From: a bacterium
GTDB lineage: Bacteria; Patescibacteriota; Microgenomatia; Levybacterales; UBA12049
NCBI GenBank assembly: GCA_021824155.1
Contig: JAKALN010000003.1
Span: 1 to 40,111, forward strand
Length of the DNA stretch: 40,111 bases
Reading direction: 5' to 3'
The notes under the pieces were generated by a model. It was not told the DNA's origin. It worked only from the letters and a program-made list of their open reading frames with translations, and searched no databases. Shown here in pieces: positions 6,960 through 14,719 of the stretch (positions are counted from its first letter, which is position 1; the number at the start of each line of letters is the position of its first letter). Made by a program: the position numbers and the translations under genes.

Positions 6960-9650
6960 TTAAACTTTGGTAAGCTTGCCGGTTGTTGATCTAAACCCCT
7001 TTAGGGCTCCTAAAAGACCTCCCGCTAAGGCTCCCCCCCCGCCCTCGGTTAAAAACATTCCAAATTCTGTTGTATGTGTAATTTTTCTAAGCTCGTTTAT
7101 TTCACTTTCTGTTAATATTCCTTTTTCCTTAATAAAGGCATAAATAGCCTGCATTTTAAGCATATTAAATCTTTCCTGGTCGCTGAATACATTTCTGTGG
7201 GATTCTATTTCTGCCTTAACCAGATATTCAAATACCCCCTTCCAAAGAAGTTGCCTCATCTCTGACGCCTGTATTTCGGCTACATCTACTTCTCCCACGC
7301 CGGACATATTCCAAACTTTCTGTTTTTCTTTTTTACCTGCAAGCCGTTTTGCTTTTCCCTCGTCAGTAAGCTCTGCCAGCTTCTTAGCTTCTACCTCCTC
7401 TGCCTGCCTTTTGAGTATTTTTACAATCTCTGGCCCAAATAACTCCATGAGAATCGGCATGTTTTTGGCAACAGGATCCTCTCTTTTTATTTTCCCGGTT
7501 TTATAATCCGAATTGTCTTCCTCCGTTATTTCTGTCTCCCAGGTTCTTACCTTTTTACTATAATCGGTACCTCCCCAAGTAGAAGCCCAATACCTTATTG
7601 CCTTATCTACTCCGTCGATAATCTTATTAGCTTTTTCATAATCAATAACGGGCCTTCCCATAACATCAAAGGTGAGCATATTCTGGAAATTAAACCCGTT
7701 ATGGTCAATTAAAAACTCGAGGAGAGTAAAGGAGTTCATTATGTGATTGGACGCAAAACCCCTCATGCTGTTTTCCGCAAAAGTTACTTTTGTAGGAAGC
7801 TCTCTTAAAGCTTGTTTTATGTTGATATCACTTCCTTCTCCCCCCTGAATAACTTCTATTATTGTTCTGCCTTTTTCGTCCCGTATTCCCTCAAACCAGT
7901 TGAGCCCCAATCTTTTTATTCCAAGCATATTAAAAATGTTTCCATATAAAGCATTCCTATGTTCTGCCATCTGCCTTAATCTGTATTCTTGCACATTTAA
8001 AGCTTTTGTCCAGGCGTCATGGCCAACCGCACCCGTATCATTTTTTGCGGCCAATCCGGTCCATTTAGTCATAGAAAACGCCCACGCTTCGGCGTACTTT
8101 GCCTCGTCGTAATCAAGGCCCATTTCCTGCATCACAGACTGGACCATCCTTTCCCTAACCTCCGAAATTATTGCCTCACTTTTTTGGGGACCCGGAGCGG
8201 TAAATACATTAATAAATTTAAGATATTCTCTTCTTACTTTTGGGTCGTTAATTTTAATTTTTCCTTCTGAGTCATACCAGGAGCTTCTGTCATAGGCCTC
8301 TCCTGTGTTTCCTTCTTTATTCGTCCCTTTCTTTTTTCCTTTAATATTTCCGTCGGCGTCTATTTCGTCATATTCTTGTGTAAATAATGCTATATCGTCT
8401 TTTGTAAAAAGCTTTTTGAGCATATCGTGGTCATAAATATAATAATAGGCCAAAAGAAGCCTTCTTGTTGCCTGCCCAACTCCAAAATTTTTTTCAAGCT
8501 TATCCTGTATTTCCCTTCCCTCTTGCAAGACCTCTCCTTGGGCCTGCCTCATTGAGGGCATACTCATAATCGTTTCCAGAAAATTGCTCCTTGTAAAAGT
8601 ATTCGGGGTATAAAGTTTATATATGGTTTTTGATAGTTCCGGTTCGTTAAATTGGTTTGCGACGTATTCAACGTGATTATTCCTTGAAGTATTAAATAGA
8701 AAAGCTTCCAACAAAAGCTCGTTTTTTAATGCTTCATAATCGTCGTTCTTGTGAAGGGTAGTTCTTTTAACCCTCAGGTCATCCTCCGGATTTGAAGTAG
8801 GCGGTTTAAGCAACGTCTCTTCTCTTTTCTCCAAGAAATAACTTCCTGTTAAAACCATATCCGCTAAGTTAACCTGGCTCCAGCGTGACTTTACAAATAT
8901 TCGCGAGAAAAAATCAACAGTTTCCGTAGGGCTGAATTCGTGGACTTCAATCATCCTTTTCCTTGCCCATGCGAGAAAATTCTCCTTATTAACTCTTCCT
9001 TCATAGTCAACAAGCTCTTTTTTACCTCCTGTTTTCCACTGTGCGCTCTCGGACTTCATAATAAGGACAGCCAAGTCTTCCAACGATTCGGGAATATCCG
9101 GGGCCACAGCTTCTGCGCTAACAAAATGCTCCCTTATTTCTTTTGAAAAATCCGGTAATATCCTTTTTATTTCAGATATATTCCCTTGTGATTTTAATTC
9201 CCTCAATCTTTCTATTACGGGCCTGTAACTATCTTCATATACTGCTTCTGCCAGTTGTTTGGTTTTATCGGCATAATAGAGAAAATTTTCTAATTCATCC
9301 GCTACGTTGGGATCGTCCAAGCTTTGGCCGTGCAGTATTACCCTAATCCCTTCTCCAAACTTTTTTTGAAATTCCTTCACGGGGTCTTCTATTTCCGGCG
9401 CTTCTACCTGACCCCTGCTTAACGCCGCTTCTCTTATTGATTCCCGGGAATTCCTAATTGCCTCCCTCCCTCTATTTATTTGTTCTTGCAAACTCAAGTT
9501 TTCTTGGGGCTCTTCTCTATTTTCTCCTGAGTTATCTGCGGGAGGAGTTTCTCCTCTCCCTGGTTCGGGCATAAAATTCCTTTCACCTTCCAGTCTAGGA
9601 AGATTGGATTTGTTTGTCAACTCAATATTTATCGGTTCTTGTTCTTTCAT
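6960..9650 (-). CDS. Large orphan protein (896 aa) with C-terminal Gly-zipper-like hydrophobic segment
   Basis: Long uninterrupted ORF. Acidic low-complexity N-terminus. No motif recognised. Ends ...FGMFLTEGGGGALAGGLLGALKGFRSTTGKLTKV. Its stop abuts the stop of the convergent VirB6-like gene (6959/6960). Confidence 0.85.
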   Translation of the reverse strand: MKEQEPINIELTNKSNLPRLEGERNFMPEPGRGETPPADNSGENREEPQENLSLQEQINRGREAIRNSRESIREAALSRGQVEAPEIEDPVKEFQKKFGEGIRVILHGQSLDDPNVADELENFLYYADKTKQLAEAVYEDSYRPVIERLRELKSQGNISEIKRILPDFSKEIREHFVSAEAVAPDIPESLEDLAVLIMKSESAQWKTGGKKELVDYEGRVNKENFLAWARKRMIEVHEFSPTETVDFFSRIFVKSRWSQVNLADMVLTGSYFLEKREETLLKPPTSNPEDDLRVKRTTLHKNDDYEALKNELLLEAFLFNTSRNNHVEYVANQFNEPELSKTIYKLYTPNTFTRSNFLETIMSMPSMRQAQGEVLQEGREIQDKLEKNFGVGQATRRLLLAYYYIYDHDMLKKLFTKDDIALFTQEYDEIDADGNIKGKKKGTNKEGNTGEAYDRSSWYDSEGKIKINDPKVRREYLKFINVFTAPGPQKSEAIISEVRERMVQSVMQEMGLDYDEAKYAEAWAFSMTKWTGLAAKNDTGAVGHDAWTKALNVQEYRLRQMAEHRNALYGNIFNMLGIKRLGLNWFEGIRDEKGRTIIEVIQGGEGSDINIKQALRELPTKVTFAENSMRGFASNHIMNSFTLLEFLIDHNGFNFQNMLTFDVMGRPVIDYEKANKIIDGVDKAIRYWASTWGGTDYSKKVRTWETEITEEDNSDYKTGKIKREDPVAKNMPILMELFGPEIVKILKRQAEEVEAKKLAELTDEGKAKRLAGKKEKQKVWNMSGVGEVDVAEIQASEMRQLLWKGVFEYLVKAEIESHRNVFSDQERFNMLKMQAIYAFIKEKGILTESEINELRKITHTTEFGMFLTEGGGGALAGGLLGALKGFRSTTGKLTKV

Positions 9651-9685
9651 ACTGCGGAAATTTTATGCCCATATAGATAAAAAAA

Positions 9686-9715
9686 CTTGATATTTAACTA
9701 ACAAAAAAATTACAA
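9686..9715 (+). promoter_or_regulatory. Sigma70-like promoter of the ATPase/wHTH regulator
   Basis: TTGATA (9686..9691), 18 nt, TACAAT (9710..9715), 10 nt before ATG 9726. Confidence 0.5.
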
Positions 9716-9725
9716 TACATTTACC

Positions 9726-11054
9726 ATGGAACCCACTCACTTTGAATCTATGTATCCGGAAAACACAAGAGCTCCGGAAATTGATAAACTTTTACAATTC
9801 GTAAAAGAAGGAAATTCCTGTCAGCTTATCGGGATTCCGGGAGCCGGACGCTCTAATGTTTTAGGGCTTTTGGCCTACAACAAAAACGTCCGGTTAAAAC
9901 ACCTGGGAGAAAACCAGAAATGGTTCCACTTTGTACTTTTAAATTTTTCAGAAATAAGAAATAAACCTCTTTTGGAAGCTACCAAATTCATATTTTTAGG
10001 ACTTTTAGATTCTTTACGGGAAAGGCAGATGAATAAAGAATATGAAACGGTAAATAAGATTTTTAAAGAAAGCGTAGTGATAAATGACGCGCTGGTTTTA
10101 TTCCAAGGGCTAAAAAAAACTGTTGATTTTTTGGCGATAGAAAATGAACTTACAATAGTTTTTTTATTTGACAGGTTTGAAGAATACGTTTCCTCTCTTA
10201 CTCCTGATTTTTTTGCAAATCTTAGAATTTTAAGGAACAGGGCAAAATACAGATTTTCTGTTGTATTTGCAGTGTCAAGGCCGGTAGAAGATGTTTTAGA
10301 ACCCGCTTTTTTTGCGGATTTTTATGAATTTATGGCCGGAAAAACTGTTTACATGTCAATCTATGACAAACCCGGGCTTGATTTTAGAATTTCATATCTT
10401 GAAAAAATAACAGGCAAAAAAATTAAAAGCGGAGTGCTTGAAAAGGTTATTTTTCTTTCGGGAGGCCACGGAAATTTAACGCGTCACTGTCTGGAAGCTG
10501 TCTTGGCAGAAAACCAAAAAGTAAAAGGAGACTTGAACGAATTTCTTTTAAAACAAAAGCCTGTCAGAAGCGCGCTTTTTGGAATTTGGAATGCGTTAAA
10601 CCCTTACGAGCAAAATAAGCTTTCTTTACTTAATTTTGAAGGTTCGGATATTTCTTATCTGGAAAACATCGGTTTAATAAAAAACGGTAAATTAACAATT
10701 CCTCTTTTAAAAGATTATATAAAAGAAAGCGCAAGAATACGCTCGGAAAACACAGGTCAAATAGTTTTTGATCAAAATACAAATCAGATTAAAAAAGGTG
10801 AGGTAGTTTTTTCCGATAAACTGACCTCTTCCGAATTCAAACTTTTAAAATTTCTTATAGCAACGGGCGGAAAAGTCGTTGACCGGGAAGAAATTATAAA
10901 TGCGGTTTGGGGAGAAATGCAGTCAACTGCAGGAGTAACAGACCAGGCCCTGGACCAGCTTATCTTTAGGCTCAGAAAAAAAATTGAGAATGATCCCAAC
11001 GTTCCAAAACATATTCATGCAATAAAAGGAAGGGGTTTTAGGTTTGAACCCTAG
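9726..11054 (+). CDS. P-loop (AAA/STAND-like) ATPase fused to a C-terminal OmpR/PhoB-type winged-helix DNA-binding domain
   Basis: Walker A-like GIPGAGRSNV. Walker B-like IVFLFDRFEE. C-terminal ~95 aa fit the trans_reg_C pattern: LTSSEFKLLKFLIATGGKVVDREEIINAVWG...DQLIFRLRKKIE...IHAIKGRGFRF. Confidence 0.75.
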   Translation: MEPTHFESMYPENTRAPEIDKLLQFVKEGNSCQLIGIPGAGRSNVLGLLAYNKNVRLKHLGENQKWFHFVLLNFSEIRNKPLLEATKFIFLGLLDSLRERQMNKEYETVNKIFKESVVINDALVLFQGLKKTVDFLAIENELTIVFLFDRFEEYVSSLTPDFFANLRILRNRAKYRFSVVFAVSRPVEDVLEPAFFADFYEFMAGKTVYMSIYDKPGLDFRISYLEKITGKKIKSGVLEKVIFLSGGHGNLTRHCLEAVLAENQKVKGDLNEFLLKQKPVRSALFGIWNALNPYEQNKLSLLNFEGSDISYLENIGLIKNGKLTIPLLKDYIKESARIRSENTGQIVFDQNTNQIKKGEVVFSDKLTSSEFKLLKFLIATGGKVVDREEIINAVWGEMQSTAGVTDQALDQLIFRLRKKIENDPNVPKHIHAIKGRGFRFEP

Positions 11055-11057
11055 ATA

Positions 11058-11086
11058 TTGCATTTAATTTATTCTTAGATTACGAT
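11058..11086 (+). promoter_or_regulatory. Sigma70-like promoter of the pilin/T4SS operon
   Basis: TTGCAT (11058..11063), 17 nt, TACGAT (11081..11086), 6 nt before ATG 11093. Confidence 0.5.
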
Positions 11087-11092
11087 TAGTTT

Positions 11093-12247
11093 ATGAGTAA
11101 AAAAATTCTAAGTATTTTTCTTGGAATAATTATTCTGTTTTCTTTTCCTTTTGTCTCTTCATTATCCGTGGCAAATGCAGATTTTCTCTGTTCGGTTTCT
11201 CCTTCAAGCATAAGTAACACCAAAAATCCTGTTACTTTTACTGTTGATAGCCACGGAAACCTTGCGGGCGGCAAATATTATGTTTCTGCCGGCTCGGCAA
11301 AAATAGGAGCAAACCGCGCTAGTATTGGAACCTTGTTTGACGCATCCGGCGGAAAAATAACCGTAACCGTTTCAAGAACTTATGATGTAGGAACTTGGCA
11401 GGTTGGAGTTTATCCTCAATATGATTCAGGGCATAATCTGTGTCAAAATGCCTCTTTTAGCGTATACGGTTCAAGTTCGGGCGGCAACACATGCGCCCTT
11501 AGCTTTACAAAACCAGATCCGTTTAACCCCAAACCATCGGACTACATAGCCGCTAAAATAACAAACCTTAGCGGCAATTTTGCTTCCGACGGACCGGATG
11601 CCCTATACCATACATACATCAGAGAAAATAATAACGATGGCGCTACTGTTTGGGACGGCTGTATAAAGAAAAGCAATTTTACAGATCCGAACGGATTTGG
11701 TTTTGGATATCTTTCAACGGGAAAATATTATATCCAGGTAAATGATAAGTGCGGAGGAGGATTCCTTTTTATAAACGCGGAAAATCAGGCATGTTATTCT
11801 TCTTTTTTTGTTGACCCAAGCGGAGGAGGAATAGGGCAAAGCGGAAGTCCGGATAACCCCGCTCCAAACACTCCGTGCCTTAACCACGACAAAAATGGCG
11901 CTTGCCTTTCGGTTGCCACAGGCCTTGGCGTTGACATAGGAACAAACCCTGCTAGTATAACCAGCTCGCTTTTTGGAATAATTCTGGGTATTTCAGGAGC
12001 AATTGCCCTGATCTTAATTATGATATCCGGATATCGAATCCTTGTCTCCCAAGGAAACCCGGAGGCTTTAAAAGGGGCAAGAGAACAGCTTACAGCTGCG
12101 ATTGTCGGGCTTTTGTTTATACTCTTGTCCATTGTGGTATTACAAATAATTGGAATAAATATTCTGCACCTGCCGGGATTTAGCGGCGGAGGAGGAGGTT
12201 CTGGCACATTTTTCCCCAACGGCAAAAACGGGATTGGAGTGCAATAA
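11093..12247 (+). CDS. Secreted Cys-rich two-module protein fused to a C-terminal VirB2/TrbC-like T4SS pilin domain
   Basis: Signal peptide MSKKILSIFLGIIILFSFPFVSSLSVANA. Two similar modules each carry GKYY[VI] and bracketing Cys. The C-terminal ~100 aa (SLFGIILGISGAIALILIMISGYRILVSQGNPEALKGAREQLTAAIVGLLFILLSIVVL) align with the three downstream small pilins. Confidence 0.7.
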   Translation: MSKKILSIFLGIIILFSFPFVSSLSVANADFLCSVSPSSISNTKNPVTFTVDSHGNLAGGKYYVSAGSAKIGANRASIGTLFDASGGKITVTVSRTYDVGTWQVGVYPQYDSGHNLCQNASFSVYGSSSGGNTCALSFTKPDPFNPKPSDYIAAKITNLSGNFASDGPDALYHTYIRENNNDGATVWDGCIKKSNFTDPNGFGFGYLSTGKYYIQVNDKCGGGFLFINAENQACYSSFFVDPSGGGIGQSGSPDNPAPNTPCLNHDKNGACLSVATGLGVDIGTNPASITSSLFGIILGISGAIALILIMISGYRILVSQGNPEALKGAREQLTAAIVGLLFILLSIVVLQIIGINILHLPGFSGGGGGSGTFFPNGKNGIGVQ

Positions 12248-12251
12248 AATT

Positions 12252-12593
12252 ATGAAGGAATTAGCATTAAGTCTTCCCGGCGGATATTCCATTTCCCCTC
12301 CGGGCGGTATCCCGCAAAACGGGATGACAAGCGGAGAGAATCTGCTTCAGGCAGCGCTTACTATTACCTTTACCATAGCCATTGCTCTGTTTATTGCTTT
12401 TATAGTTTACTCCGGAATACAGTGGGCAATATCCGGAGGAGACAAACAAAAGCTTCAGCAGGCACGAAGCAGAATCACCTTTTCCATAATCGGGCTTATT
12501 GTGGTATTGGCAGCTTTTTTTATAGTGCGTATTGTCTTTACCGTCTTGGGCGGTTCGGGAACTCCTGGGCTTTTCTTCCCCAACACCCCTTGA
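12252..12593 (+). CDS. VirB2/TrbC-like T4SS pilin paralog
   Basis: Two-TM hairpin with the shared loop motif: ...FIAFIVYSGIQWAISGGDKQKLQQARSRITFSIIGLIVVLAAFFIV. ATG 12252 is preferred over the TTG 12234 of the ORF track. Confidence 0.7.
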   Translation: MKELALSLPGGYSISPPGGIPQNGMTSGENLLQAALTITFTIAIALFIAFIVYSGIQWAISGGDKQKLQQARSRITFSIIGLIVVLAAFFIVRIVFTVLGGSGTPGLFFPNTP

Positions 12594-12632
12594 CAAATCA
12601 ATAAAAACACTATATTCTCAGAATAGACAGCT

Positions 12633-13046
12633 ATGAAAAGAAGTCTTGGAATTATAACAGGTTTTGGATTTTACTTAGCAAACTTAACTTCAGCATATGC
12701 GGTCGGCGGAATAGGCGAAACCGTGCCTCTTCAAACACCAACCGGCTCAATAGGCAACATTCCCCTGCAAAACATCCCCCAATTTATCATTACTCTTCTT
12801 TTTATAATAGGCGTTCTTGTTGCTGTTGCTTTTCTAATTTATGGCGGAATTAAATGGATACTTTCAGGCGGAGACAAAGCAGCCGTAGATGCCGCAAGAA
12901 AACATATTGTTGCCGCAATAATCGGTCTTGTTATAGTAGCCGGAGCATTCTTTATATTAAACGTTGTCTTTACTGTTCTTGGAGTAAGCAATCCTTTGTC
13001 CGGAGGCAAATTCTGCATTCCAAGCCTTACCAGCCCCACCTGCTAA
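12633..13046 (+). CDS. VirB2/TrbC-like T4SS pilin paralog with signal peptide
   Basis: MKRSLGIITGFGFYLANLTSAYA signal, then ...VAFLIYGGIKWILSGGDKAAVDAARKHIVAAIIGLVIVAGAFFIL. The C-terminal tail has 2 Cys. Confidence 0.75.
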   Translation: MKRSLGIITGFGFYLANLTSAYAVGGIGETVPLQTPTGSIGNIPLQNIPQFIITLLFIIGVLVAVAFLIYGGIKWILSGGDKAAVDAARKHIVAAIIGLVIVAGAFFILNVVFTVLGVSNPLSGGKFCIPSLTSPTC

Positions 13047-13086
13047 TCCTCTTGTCTTTTGTTTTCTTATTTGTTACGCTAATTTT

Positions 13087-13401
13087 ATGATTGATTGGGG
13101 TTCATGCGTACAGGGAGCGGATAGCGTTGCTACTCTTCAGTGCCTTCCCGTTGTATTTAGTAATATTATTTTTTGGATAGGCGGACTTGCCGCCATAACA
13201 ACAGTTTTTTTTGTAATATTTTCCGGAATAAAGTTTCTAAACTCAGGGGGCGACCCAAAACAGGTCGAGGGAGCAAGAAAAACCCTTACGTTTGCGATAA
13301 TAGGCTTTGTTATAATTTTGCTCTCTTTTACTATAATAAAAGCTATTGCAGCTTTTACAGGAACCCAATGTGTTACCCCTTTTCTAAAGTTTCAGTGTTG
13401 A
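13087..13401 (+). CDS. VirB2/TrbC-like T4SS pilin paralog
   Basis: ...VFFVIFSGIKFLNSGGDPKQVEGARKTLTFAIIGFVIILLSFTII. 4 Cys, 2 N-terminal and 2 C-terminal. Confidence 0.75.
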   Translation: MIDWGSCVQGADSVATLQCLPVVFSNIIFWIGGLAAITTVFFVIFSGIKFLNSGGDPKQVEGARKTLTFAIIGFVIILLSFTIIKAIAAFTGTQCVTPFLKFQC

Positions 13402-13489
13402 TTTTTCACGGATAGCCTCATTCTTAATATTTTTTGACATAGTTTGATAATCTTGAAACGTAATTTTTCACGTTATACACTCGTTTTAT

Positions 13490-14719
13490 ATGGAAAATCA
13501 CCCTATTCCCCAAGATATAACCGGTTTTCAGTTTAAACTTATAGGCGACATGACCGTAAAACAATTTGCATATCTTGCCGGCGGAATAGTTCTTGCCTGG
13601 GTTTTTTTCGCAAGCCCGCTTTTTGTAATCATAAAACTTCCTCTTGCCGCTTTGTCTGCTTTTTTGGGAGTAGGGCTTGCCTTTTTTCCTATTGAGGGAC
13701 GTCCGATGGATTTAATGTTCACAAACTTTGTGAAAGCTATTGTATCCCCAACTCAGTTTATTTATCAAAAAACAGGAGGGCATCTTTGGGTACAAACCCC
13801 TCAAATAAAAAATCCTAACGCAAAATTCGTCCCCCAGAAAGAAACAACCGCTTTGTCCGGAGAAGAGCTTAAAGAGTATCTGCGCACGCTGCCCAAGAGA
13901 CCAAAAAATCAACTGGATCAAAAAGAGATGGTGTTTTTTGAATCACTGGCCAACATGTATAACAAAGGGCAGGCACAGCAGCCGGCTCCAATTCCGGAAG
14001 CTGTAACGCCGCATGTCTTTGCCAACCTGGTGCCGGCCAAACAGCAAATAACCTCAGAACCGGTAAAAAAAGAGCCCGCTCAAGCACCCTCCGACAAAGA
14101 AGCCTCTCTGCAAAAAGAAGCTTTGGTCTTGGAGCAACAGTTGGAAGCGGCAAAAGCTTTGGAAGCGGCAAGAGCCGGCTCGCAGGAATACAACGAAGCA
14201 CACAGAAAAGTATTGGAGCTTGAAAGCATGCTTTCCGAAACTGCAAGTCAAAAACAAGAACTGGAAAAACAAATTGCCCTTTTGCAAAAACAGCTTTCAA
14301 CAGAACACAAACAAGTTTATACTCCTTCCATGGCAAAGGAGCCAATAAAAGAAACCAGAAATGTCAGAAGTATTCCACAGGGACTTGGAAAAAGTATAGG
14401 CCTTCCCATAGCTCCGGAGTTTCCAAACATAATAACCGGGATAGTTAAAGACCCGAGAGGAAACCCTTTACAAAATATCCTGGTAGAGGTTAAAGATGCA
14501 GACGGAAATCCCGTAAGGGCATTTAAAACTAACCCCCTTGGACAATTTGCTTCTGCAACTCCTATAGCAAACGGCACATACACAATAGAATTTGAAGACT
14601 CAAAAGGAGAGAACAAGTTCGATGTCATAGAATTCAGCGCAACAGGACAAATAATACTGCCCATAGAGATTATATCCGTTGACACAAGAGAAGAATTAAG
14701 GAGGTCTCTTTTTAATTAA
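13490..14719 (+). CDS. PrgI/VirB3-like membrane protein fused to a coiled coil and a carboxypeptidase-regulatory-like beta-sandwich domain
   Basis: The N-terminus MENHPIPQDITGFQFKLIGDMTVKQFAYLAGGIVLAWVFF fits the PrgI-family signature ([VI]P.DI ... K[IL].G..T..QF plus TM hairpin). Q/E/A-rich coiled coil in the middle. C-terminal ITGIVKDPRGNPLQNILVEVKDADGNPVRAFKTNPLGQFA...GTYTIEF resembles CarboxypepD_reg-type domains. Confidence 0.6.
   Translation: MENHPIPQDITGFQFKLIGDMTVKQFAYLAGGIVLAWVFFASPLFVIIKLPLAALSAFLGVGLAFFPIEGRPMDLMFTNFVKAIVSPTQFIYQKTGGHLWVQTPQIKNPNAKFVPQKETTALSGEELKEYLRTLPKRPKNQLDQKEMVFFESLANMYNKGQAQQPAPIPEAVTPHVFANLVPAKQQITSEPVKKEPAQAPSDKEASLQKEALVLEQQLEAAKALEAARAGSQEYNEAHRKVLELESMLSETASQKQELEKQIALLQKQLSTEHKQVYTPSMAKEPIKETRNVRSIPQGLGKSIGLPIAPEFPNIITGIVKDPRGNPLQNILVEVKDADGNPVRAFKTNPLGQFASATPIANGTYTIEFEDSKGENKFDVIEFSATGQIILPIEIISVDTREELRRSLFN

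Noticed and set aside
13401-13472. ATTTTTCACG repeated at 13401..13410 and 13463..13472 upstream of the PrgI-like gene
   Set aside because: A 10-nt AT-rich repeat in AT-rich intergenic DNA. It could be an operator pair, but two copies with no further support are not convincing.
11794-14685. Several 60-160-aa antisense ORFs (11794..12225, 12267..12596, 13869..14345, 14054..14287, 14317..14685)
   Set aside because: All are embedded antisense in well-supported plus-strand genes with family motifs. Their translations are low complexity, with no independent start-site signals.
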